Source: an uncultured Alphaproteobacteria bacterium (GTDB taxonomy: Bacteria; Pseudomonadota; Alphaproteobacteria; Methylaequorales; Methylaequoraceae). Taken from it: 64,000 bases of DNA. Each line of letters begins with the position of its first letter. Position 1 is the stretch's first letter. Below are positions 1-8,400 of this stretch, piece after piece. A program made the translations under genes and the position numbers. Under the pieces are notes generated by a model. It saw only the letters and a list, made by a program, of their open reading frames with translations. It searched no databases and had not been told where the DNA came from. The stretch spans positions 19,076 through 83,075 of the forward strand of contig CACEXK010000003.1 of the NCBI GenBank assembly GCA_902563505.1, written 5' to 3'.

Positions 1-77
1 ACCAATTTTCGAAAGTATTTCAGTCTTAGCCGCCATTTTTCACCTACTTAATTTAAACGACTAAAACGAAGCTTCAT

Positions 78-1643
78 TTACTGGAATAATACCAGAACAT
101 TTTGCATCGTTCTTGACGCTTGAGCAACCATATTCATAGCAGATTGTTGAAGAATTTGAGATTTGGACAGATTTGCTGATTCTAAAGCAAAATCTGCATC
201 AACGATCCTTGCTCTTGATGCTCTTTGATTTTGAGACACGTTAGTTAAATTATCTATCACAACATTCATTCTACTCATAATTGCACCAAATTTTGCTCTT
301 TCCATATGAATTCTATCAAGTGCTCTATCAACCACTTTAAGTGCGTCAACCGCACCAGTTAGGGTTCTAAGGTCAATTGTCGAAACTTTGTTAAGAGTTG
401 CAGCACCTGGACTAGCATCATATAATCCTCCACCGGCATTACCAACAATGGTAAAAGTCTGAGAGGAATGAAATTTAAGTTGTCCTGCAAATCTGATTGA
501 GTCACTATTACCACTATTGTGATCTTCATCCAATACATTTTTTGCTGTGCCTTCGACATCTTGATCCATATTCATTGCTGTACATATCATTTTAGTGGTA
601 ATTGCGTTACCTACACTTGCAAAATTAAGATTTTGAATTGCGATATCTTCTCCTTCATCTTGAACCATAATTATATTTGATCTGTCAGCACTTAAAGTAC
701 ATCTAATTCCAGTTGTTCCTGTATATGCATTAAGTTGATCTCTCAAATTAGTTAGATCTGAAGTTGCTGCGGTTGTACCTAGGGTAACGGTTGCAGAAAT
801 TGCTTGTTTCGAGGCATTCTTACCAAAAATATCAAAACCAACAACATGATTTCCAGCCGCAGCCGTGCTTAGCATTTCAATCTTGACTGTTGTCATTGCA
901 GTTGCACTAACTCCTGTTTTGTCAAATTTAGCATTAACTAATTCAACTATTTCTTTAGCCGTGTTGTTATCAGCGATGTTTATCGTTGAAGTACCAACCA
1001 AACCCGTAATTGTAATATTATCATCAGCATCAATTAAACTATTAATTCCAGCCGCAGTTCCACCTGTGGTACCCTCAGCAGCCAAACTATTTGCTGAGCC
1101 TGCAGATTCTTTGACTTCTGTTTCACTTTGATAAGCTCCAAGGTTATCTGTTCTTAAGTTTGCTACTGAAATAACGGCTTTTTCTCTTTCATTGGAACCA
1201 ATCTGAAAGCGTCTATCAGCAAATGTTCCATCAAGAACCGCAATTTCATTAAAAGTAGTATCCCTGGCAACCCTATCCATTTCTTCTAACAATTGGTTTG
1301 CTTCGGTTTGTAAATAAATTCTTTGTTCAGCATTTAAGATGTCGGTAGCAGCTTGGATTGACAATTCACGAATTCTTTGGAGAGCTTGGGAGTGTTCGTC
1401 TAGTGCACCTTCGGCTACTTGAGCCATTGATAAAACATCAGCAGCATTTCTAATTGACATGTCAAGTGCTCTGATGGTTGCTGTCATTCTGTCACTGATG
1501 GCTGCTCCTGCAGCGTCGTCACCAGCACTATTAATTCTTTTACCTGAGGAGATTCGCTCCATTGCACGAAGCATATCCCTTTCAGTTTTAAGGAGACTCT
1601 TCATTGAAGCTGAAGTTCCCATGCTTGTATTTATTCCCGGCAT
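78..1643 (-). CDS. fliC: Flagellin, long form (521 aa)
   Basis: The N-terminus (...RISSGKRINSAGDDAAGAAISDRM...) and C-terminus (...RIVDADFALESANLSKSQILQQSAMNMVAQA...) are canonical flagellin D0/D1 helices. The central ~250 aa form a T/S/G/A/N-rich variable domain that contains a flagellin-IN-like segment. Confidence 0.93.
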   Translation of the reverse strand: MPGINTSMGTSASMKSLLKTERDMLRAMERISSGKRINSAGDDAAGAAISDRMTATIRALDMSIRNAADVLSMAQVAEGALDEHSQALQRIRELSIQAATDILNAEQRIYLQTEANQLLEEMDRVARDTTFNEIAVLDGTFADRRFQIGSNEREKAVISVANLRTDNLGAYQSETEVKESAGSANSLAAEGTTGGTAAGINSLIDADDNITITGLVGTSTINIADNNTAKEIVELVNAKFDKTGVSATAMTTVKIEMLSTAAAGNHVVGFDIFGKNASKQAISATVTLGTTAATSDLTNLRDQLNAYTGTTGIRCTLSADRSNIIMVQDEGEDIAIQNLNFASVGNAITTKMICTAMNMDQDVEGTAKNVLDEDHNSGNSDSIRFAGQLKFHSSQTFTIVGNAGGGLYDASPGAATLNKVSTIDLRTLTGAVDALKVVDRALDRIHMERAKFGAIMSRMNVVIDNLTNVSQNQRASRARIVDADFALESANLSKSQILQQSAMNMVAQASRTMQNVLVLFQ

Positions 1644-1689
1644 CTTATATTCTCTCTGTTAAATTCATATAATTTTCCGAAAGAAATTC

Positions 1690-1705
1690 TGCAAATTAAG
1701 TGCCA
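1690..1705 (-). promoter_or_regulatory. Sigma-54 (RpoN) -24/-12 promoter for the long flagellin gene
   Basis: The minus strand reads TGGCAC-TTAAT-TTGCA, a full match to TGGCAC-N5-TTGCW. The C of the -12 GC is at 1691, which predicts a TSS near 1679 and a ~36-nt leader before the ATG at 1643. Confidence 0.8.
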
Positions 1706-1742
1706 AAAAAAAAGGAGAGAGTAAAAAAAACTCTCTCCTTTT
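1705..1742 (-). terminator. Rho-independent terminator after the 265-aa flagellin gene
   Basis: An 8-bp stem, GGAGAGAG (1714-1721) paired with CTCTCTCC (1731-1738), has a 9-nt loop. On the minus strand it is followed by a run of 9 U (plus-strand A9 at 1705-1713). Confidence 0.8.
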
Positions 1743-1767
1743 AAAACATACTATATGTAGTGGTTCG

Positions 1768-2565
1768 TTATTGTAAAACCGCCAATATAGCTGATTGTGC
1801 ATTATTTGCTTGAGCAGCCATTGACAAAGCAGCCTGGTTTAAAATGGCGTTTTTAGTCAAATCTGCTGTTTCAAGAGCAAAGTCAGTGTCTATAATTCTA
1901 GCACTTGCAGCTGCCATGTTAGCTGAAGTAGCAGAGGCAGCACCCTGAAATGCTTTTAAGGCTGTTAAGTCAGCAGCAATGTTTCCTAATGCTTCTGCAA
2001 CCTTTCCGAGCATTGTTTTTGCCGTAGCATCTGCACCAGCAGCTGTTGAAATACCAGCCATCTGAGTAATTGCAATGTTTGGACCTACAGCAGTAGTGTT
2101 TGCAGTAAGACCGGCATAAGCAACGTTTTTCTGTAATGCAGCGTTAGAGTCTACAACTGGAACTTCGTTGAAGTCCGTATTGTCTAACAATGCATCGATT
2201 GCATCACCAATTGCAGCTGCTTCTGAGTTAAGTGCAGCAATTTGGTTACTATCTAAAAGCGCAGCATTATCCGCTGCGATTCCAAGTTCGTGCAATCTTA
2301 TACCCATGTTTGCAACTTCTAAAAGAACACTTTCACCCATCTGAGCGAATGAAATACCGTCTTCGATATTCCTAGTTGCAGTAGCGTAAGATTTACTCAT
2401 TGCATTTAGTGCTTGACCTGCTGAGTGACCAGCAGCATCACCACCATACATAGCTCTTACGCCTGTTGATAATCTAGCAATGGACTCATTCATACCGTGT
2501 CGAGCTTTACTAGCTGCGGCAGCGGCCATATTAGCGCCAATTGCAATATTAGAAACTGAAGGCAT
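1768..2565 (-). CDS. Short flagellin (265 aa, D0/D1 only), tandem paralogue 1
   Basis: The N-terminus (...MNESIARLSTGVRAMYGGDAAG...) and C-terminus (...RIIDTDFALETADLTKNAILNQAALSMAAQANN...) are flagellin-like. The size matches short alphaproteobacterial flagellins. An AAAAGGAGATAA Shine-Dalgarno region precedes the ATG. Confidence 0.88.
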   Translation of the reverse strand: MPSVSNIAIGANMAAAAASKARHGMNESIARLSTGVRAMYGGDAAGHSAGQALNAMSKSYATATRNIEDGISFAQMGESVLLEVANMGIRLHELGIAADNAALLDSNQIAALNSEAAAIGDAIDALLDNTDFNEVPVVDSNAALQKNVAYAGLTANTTAVGPNIAITQMAGISTAAGADATAKTMLGKVAEALGNIAADLTALKAFQGAASATSANMAAASARIIDTDFALETADLTKNAILNQAALSMAAQANNAQSAILAVLQ

Positions 2566-2590
2566 TTTTTATCTCCTTTTCTTTGTTATT

Positions 2591-3394
2591 CTATTGAATA
2601 ACGGTTAATATTGCCTGCTGCGCATTGTTCGCTTGCGCGACCATAGCCATTGCAGACTGATTTAATATTGCGGCTTTTGTCAAATTAGCCGTTTCAAGAG
2701 CATAGTCCGTATCCTGAATTCTAGCAGCAGCAGCTTTTAAGTTAGCCGAAGAGGAAGCAGCCACAGCTTGGAATCCCTTAAGTGCAGACATACCAGCGGC
2801 AACCTTACCAAGTGAATTGGCAACATTACCTAGTGCAGAATCCGCACTACCGTCAACACCACTTGCTCCGGTAATTTTGTCTGTGTTTTTAATATCAATT
2901 GTCGTTGCAGTACCAACTGTGAAAGTTCCACCTTGGTCATCAACACCAATTGCCACAGCACCACCAGCAGCAACCGAGCCAACTAATTGTACTCCGTTAA
3001 ATTTGACGTTATCAGCTATACCATCGATTGCTTTACCAATGGCAGTTGCTTCAGAGTTTAGAGCTGCTCTGTCAGAATCCGTCATTAATTGAGTATTCGC
3101 AAATTGAATACCTAATTCACGCAATCTGGTAGTTAAAGCAGCAATTTCAAGCAACAAAGATTCTGCTGATTGAAGAAATGAAATACCGTCTTCGCAATTC
3201 CTTGCTGCAACGGCAAAACTTGCCCCTCGTGCCCCTAATGAATTAGCAATTGCCTGACCAGCAGCATCACCGCCATACATTGACCTGATACCAGTGGATA
3301 ACCTTGCAATTGATTCATTCATCTGGTGACGTGCCTTTGAAGCGGCAGCGCCAGCCATAGCTGCACCAACGGCGATATTAGAAACTGAAGGCAT
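2591..3394 (-). CDS. Short flagellin (267 aa, D0/D1 only), tandem paralogue 2
   Basis: Same architecture as 1768-2565. The termini are nearly identical (MPSVSNIA.GA.MA.AAASKARH.MNESIARLSTG...; ...DTDYALETANLTKAAILNQSAMAMVAQANN...). Only 25 nt separate it from the downstream paralogue, so the two are probably co-transcribed. Confidence 0.88.
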   Translation of the reverse strand: MPSVSNIAVGAAMAGAAASKARHQMNESIARLSTGIRSMYGGDAAGQAIANSLGARGASFAVAARNCEDGISFLQSAESLLLEIAALTTRLRELGIQFANTQLMTDSDRAALNSEATAIGKAIDGIADNVKFNGVQLVGSVAAGGAVAIGVDDQGGTFTVGTATTIDIKNTDKITGASGVDGSADSALGNVANSLGKVAAGMSALKGFQAVAASSSANLKAAAARIQDTDYALETANLTKAAILNQSAMAMVAQANNAQQAILTVIQ

Positions 3395-3583
3395 GTTATC
3401 TCCTTTTGTAAATCATTAACATACAGTTTATATCCATCAACTTGATGTCCATTAACCTAATTACTGTAATAGATAACGACTTGCCGTAAAAATGTTTAGT
3501 CGATGTTGTAATAAAACATAATGATTATTAGAATGGATTGGGGATGTTGATTTATAAAAAAAAAATATATATAAATATTTCAA

Positions 3584-4093
3584 ATGGCAACTGAGAAATT
3601 ATACTGCCCAGAATTTGTCTACCAGATTTGTGTGGGTCTCACAGTCTATGATTTTGTAACCAAAGAATTTACTTTACCTATGGTTTCAAAACAATATGCG
3701 TCGGGTATAAGTGATCATTATAATGAGGTTTTACCTGAGGAACTCAGTTTTCCTGCTGAAGAAATTCTTCGTTTTATGTCTGAACAACAAAAGCCAAAAT
3801 ACGAAGCACACGAAAAGGCAAATTTCTTTGTATACAATCAATTAAAATTTGATGGGACAAAGGGTGAAAGAAAACTTAAGGGGATATTTGGTAACGCTTT
3901 TAGCGGTGAAAAAACAAAAAAATATAATGCTGAAAAAACTATAAAGGTTTTTAAAGCATTTACATTTTCTTTAAGATCAGGTGCAGTTGATCGTGCTCCA
4001 GCAGGTTGGTTGATAAAAAGTGAGAATAAAGAAGATTTACTTCAACTTGGGGATATTATTACTAAAGAAATGAAAATCGACGATCTACTTTAA
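3584..4093 (+). CDS. Hypothetical protein (169 aa) embedded in the flagellar locus
   Basis: A clean ORF on the opposite strand to all surrounding flagellar genes. I recognise no motif. Its stop overlaps the flgL stop within the tetranucleotide TTAA (4090-4093). Confidence 0.5.
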   Translation: MATEKLYCPEFVYQICVGLTVYDFVTKEFTLPMVSKQYASGISDHYNEVLPEELSFPAEEILRFMSEQQKPKYEAHEKANFFVYNQLKFDGTKGERKLKGIFGNAFSGEKTKKYNAEKTIKVFKAFTFSLRSGAVDRAPAGWLIKSENKEDLLQLGDIITKEMKIDDLL

Positions 4094-5373
4094 GATATCA
4101 TATCAAAAAGATTCAATTGAGAAATTCTCACAAAAGCTTTTTGAGATGCTTCTTGAGATGTCATCATTGATTGGAGTTCGGTTACTAGTTCAGATAAATC
4201 TGCGTCAGCTAATTCACTAACATCTTTTTCAACCAGGATTTTTCTCTCAAGCATAATATCACTCTGTCTTTCAACAGAATTCATTCTGGCTCCAACCTTA
4301 GCCCTCTGATTGGCAAGATGATTTTGTATGACTCGCATTTCATCTAACCTACTTGCAATAGTTTGGTCAAAATCAAAAACAGTTTGCTGTCTACCAATAC
4401 CATTTCCAGCAGCATCAATTGGTTGAACTGTAAAAAATGATGTAGGTGTTTCTTGAGATTTAGAAATGTTTGGTATTTCTAACTTACCTAATTCAATGTC
4501 ATAGGCGTAATCACTTACTAACTTAAGAGTTTTATTTGAATCCTCAAGCGTTGCAGTAATATCAAGATCAGCTGCATTAATTGCTGTTGCAACATCTGAT
4601 AAATCACTACCTGTTATATCCAGTGAAAAATCTGCAGACTTTGATCCAGATGTAACTGTAAAAGCGTATGTTCCAGGATCTTGATTGGTTAGAGTGATTT
4701 TAGCCATACCTGTTCCTGCTTTAGCTGCTTCGACACCAGCATTTGCCGTTCTTATCGAGCGACTAATATTATCGACCGCTGCAAATAGATCTGTACTAAC
4801 TCCAGAACTAGTAACAATGTCTTGAAAAACTGTGGCTCCATCTATAGTAGATTCCATTAATCTACTTTCAGAAATCTGAAGATTTAAAACTCCACGATCA
4901 CCTTTGTATTCAATTTCACCTGCTGCATTTACAATGAAAGGTTGAGTTTTAGATTTATAACCCGCGTATATGTAACTCCCTCCAGAATCTTTAGTGTTAG
5001 AAATTGACATCAATTCCTTTTTTAATTCATCAAATTCCAATGCAATTGCCTCTCTATCAACAACCGATAAAACATCATTAGCTGCTTGAATAGCTAATTC
5101 ATTACATCTCGTAAAAATATCTTTGGCTCCTTGGATTGTTGCATCCATTAACTTTAATCTATCAAGTGCAAGATTCGTATTATCAAGAAATTGATCAATC
5201 CTACTGGTAACATCTTTTAAACCAGAAAGTTCAACTGCTCCAACAGGGTCATCAGATGCAAAAACAATATTTTTTCCCGATGAAATCTTGGCTTGAATAC
5301 CTTGTATATCCTCCATATTTTTAGAGAATTGTCTTACCTGCTGGTCATTAAATAGCCGATTACTTATTTTCAT
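4090..5373 (-). CDS. flgL: Flagellar hook-associated protein 3 (hook-filament junction), 427 aa
   Basis: The N-terminus (MKISNRLF...QAKISSGKNIVFASDDPVG) and a flagellin-like C-terminal helix are present, and the gene sits directly after flgK. It is longer than enteric FlgL (~317 aa) because of a central insertion with an IN-like segment (LSDVATAINAADLDITATLED...). Confidence 0.88.
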   Translation of the reverse strand: MKISNRLFNDQQVRQFSKNMEDIQGIQAKISSGKNIVFASDDPVGAVELSGLKDVTSRIDQFLDNTNLALDRLKLMDATIQGAKDIFTRCNELAIQAANDVLSVVDREAIALEFDELKKELMSISNTKDSGGSYIYAGYKSKTQPFIVNAAGEIEYKGDRGVLNLQISESRLMESTIDGATVFQDIVTSSGVSTDLFAAVDNISRSIRTANAGVEAAKAGTGMAKITLTNQDPGTYAFTVTSGSKSADFSLDITGSDLSDVATAINAADLDITATLEDSNKTLKLVSDYAYDIELGKLEIPNISKSQETPTSFFTVQPIDAAGNGIGRQQTVFDFDQTIASRLDEMRVIQNHLANQRAKVGARMNSVERQSDIMLERKILVEKDVSELADADLSELVTELQSMMTSQEASQKAFVRISQLNLFDMIS

Positions 5374-5383
5374 AACTTAAATT

Positions 5384-5399
5384 AGCAAATTTCGTGCCT
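5384..5399 (-). promoter_or_regulatory. Sigma-54 -24/-12 promoter in front of flgL
   Basis: The minus strand reads AGGCACG-AAAT-TTGCT, with only the first T of TGGCAC mismatched and the extended G after CAC also matching. The C of the -12 GC is at 5385, exactly 12 nt before the A of the flgL ATG (5373). Confidence 0.7.
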
Positions 5400-5447
5400 A
5401 GTCCTTAATTTCTTGTAAAACCCTTGAATTAGATCATTCAATTTTTA

Positions 5448-8400
5448 TTATTTTGATACTACCATCATTAATGATTCAAATAGTTCTCTTGCAGTTTGAA
5501 TAATTCTCGCGTTAGCTGAAAATGCTTGTTGAAACTGAATCAATGCTGCAGCTTCCTCATCTAAAGAAACCCCTGCACTTTCATCTTCTTTAGCTTTAGC
5601 TTCATCCAAGGATGCTTGTGCATCCTCAACACTCAACTGGCTACTTCTTACATTTGAACCAATTTCAGCAGCAGTTGCATTGAAAATATCCTGAAAACTT
5701 CCTGAGTTAATTCCGTTAACATCAGCCTCTTGTAAATCTATCATTTGAAGAATATTTCTATTATCTCCAACACCATCATTATTATTTGTTATGGAAAATG
5801 AATCTTTAACTGATGCCTCACCTACTAATCTCAATGTTTTGCCAGAAGCCGTGATAATTCCGCTATCAGGAATGAGTCGTGTTGCAATTGAATGATTTGT
5901 ATCTGCATCTAAAATCTCGACTTTTTTATTATTATCAGAGTCTATTACTAACTTAAGTTCTGATGTTTCTTGAGGTGGTAAAATTTCACCATAGTTTGAT
6001 GCAATTTTCTTTGAACCATTCCCTGTCATTACAATTATCAAATCCTCTGGAGGCAGATTAGAAATAGATAAATTGTTTCCAATTAATGATTTTACACTAT
6101 TTGCTGGAACCCCAATATTAACTGCTTTTGAAGCTTTTGCATCTGAAGCAAATGATTGAACTCTGATTGAATCGTCAATAACATTTACATGAGTTTGATT
6201 AGTTTTAAAACCGAAGCTTTCGGACCAAGTTCCATTAGAAGCATATTTTGGGTTTTCCATTACAATCTGACCTTTGTCTGCTTGTTTTACAATTGAAATT
6301 TGCATCTTTCCATCACTCACTTGCTCTAATTCAATCGAAATACCTAAGTTAGTTACAGGTGATCCCCCAGGAAAATCATCATTATAGATAGCACCAACAA
6401 CGCTTGTAAATTTATCACTTGCATGTCCTCCACTACCGCCAATTGTCATAGTTACTGGAGTATCAGCAGTAGCGTTAGCATAAGATGATGCAAGTTTAAA
6501 TGTATTTGCACCGGTTACTACTGCGAAATAGGAAGCGTCATTGCTAAGTCCATTTAATGCCGAAGATGTATCATAATGAAGTTTATCTCCAGTTTTAAAA
6601 CCATGAGCGTTAGCTGTAATTTGGTTTGCTGAAACAGCTGAGGTTGTATTCACTGTACGAGTATTACAACTTAAACCTATGTCATAAGGTTTTTCACGAC
6701 CGTAAGTAAAATGCATATGAGTTGTTGAAACTGCAGGTGTTGCACCAGACACAGTCAGATTATTGATTTCTGTTCCAGTAATTGTTGTTGAAACTTCATC
6801 CGGTTCCATTCCAAATAATTTTGCATTTTCATCATTGGTAGTATCAACTGCAAATGAAAATTGAGACGCTGATATAGTTTTTCCAGCAGATATGTAAAGA
6901 CTTTTGCCAGGATCAAAAGTATCAGCACTGTTACCACCTATATTACCAGTACCAATTGTAAGAACTGATGGCGTATCATTTGTAGCTAAGGTATAAGAGC
7001 TTGCTAGTTTAAAATTGTGATCGTCAACCTTTACAGCATAATATGTTTCTCCATCAACCAAACCTGCTCTCGGACTTGAAAATGAATCGGACACACTTCC
7101 TCCAGAACTTCCGGTAATGGTTATGGCTGTACCTGAACCAGCATTTCCGCTAGTCGTAGCCAGCTTGAATGAATTAGCATCAACTGCTATGGCAAAATAT
7201 GTTGTCCCACTTGTTAACCCAGATATAGGAATTGAACTTCCAGCTTTGTAAACAACTGGGTCTTGTGTAGAAAAACCATGGTTTGGAGCGGTTATCGTAA
7301 CAGTTGAATTAAACTGAGTTGTATCTACTATTACCTTCTCAGCAGCATTATAAACCACAGCATCGCCTGTTTCTAGTCCATGCTCAGTCGATGGTATTGT
7401 TTGAGTTCCGTTAAGTGAAGTTGTATTTATTGTAATTGGATCAGGGTCATCAAAATATGCATTCAACAAATTTTTCTCACCCCCAGATACGACCACCTCA
7501 CCATTTTCCATTGTCAATGTATAAGTTAAACCATCATGATTAACTTTAAAACTTGAGCCATCAATTGGAATAGATGCTATAGATTTACCAGAAATTTCAA
7601 TAGAAGGACTATCTGCTCTGAGAGCCTCAGCTATTTTTTTAGAAACTTCACCTGTAGATAAATCATCAAAAGCTGAAACATCTACAGTTGTGCCAAACGC
7701 AGAACCAGTATCAGTTGCTGGAAGAGTCAAACCATAAGAAACTATAGAACTATTTGAGGACAAACCATCCGGGTGTCCAGCTGAAAAATCACCATCAAGT
7801 ACAAGTGGCTTAATTGTTTTAATCTCACCTGTGGAAGAAGTCGTAACATTTAAAAAACCATCTTTGAATGCATTTTGTGTTGCCGTGACTGTTGTACTTC
7901 CTCCATCATTAGAAGTTGTGATTGCAGAAGAAGATTCTATTTGCAATTCACCACTAAGTCTTGCAGCCTTATAACTATTTCCATCTAGATCAACTGTGAC
8001 TGGTGAGGAAAAACTTGAAAAATCACTTTTCAAAACCTCTAGAGTAATTGGGTGCGTGAATTTGTCTGTTGCGCTGCCTCCTGAACCACCAACAGTTATT
8101 GCAGTTCCAGACTTGGCATTTGCCAATGAACTGGCAAGCTTAAAATTATTATCATCTTGATAAATCGCATAATATGTTTGTCCATTTGTAAGGTTTCCGA
8201 GTGCTGTCCCTCCAGCTGTATAAATAACTTTATCCCCAGTACTAAACCCATGAGAAGTATAAGGTATTGTAACACTAGCACTGCTTCCTAAGCCAGTTGT
8301 GTTCTTTGTCAAGGTATCTGAAGTTGAAAAATTTGAAATTTGGATATCATCACCATCTTTGTTTTCTAGGATTAGATGTGATTTGTCACTTGAAAGAATT

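Noticed and set aside
1-36. Possible 5' end of a minus-strand gene running off the left edge. The ATG is at 34-36, the translation is MAAKTEILSKIG..., and AGGTGA lies 5 nt upstream.
   Set aside because: Only 12 codons are visible. A Shine-Dalgarno plus ATG is suggestive, but the product and even the reality of the gene cannot be supported from this window.
865-1131. Numerous 60-210-aa ORFs antisense to, or out of frame within, well-supported genes. Examples: 359-559, 865-1131, 1459-1662, 2817-3092, 8299-8631, 11665-11955, 12584-12886, 27944-28573, 29180-29503, 31698-32216, 32496-32855, 39936-40280, 45099-45476 and 46444-46893.
   Set aside because: They lie entirely inside genes with unambiguous family signatures on the other strand or frame. 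They have low-complexity or hydrophobic compositions typical of shadow ORFs, and they lack start-codon context.
3436-3451. Sigma-54-like TGGACA-N5-TTGAT upstream of the 267-aa flagellin gene.
   Set aside because: It lacks the near-invariant -12 GC and half of the -24 hexamer. It is far weaker than the three clear sites in the same locus, so it is reported only as context.
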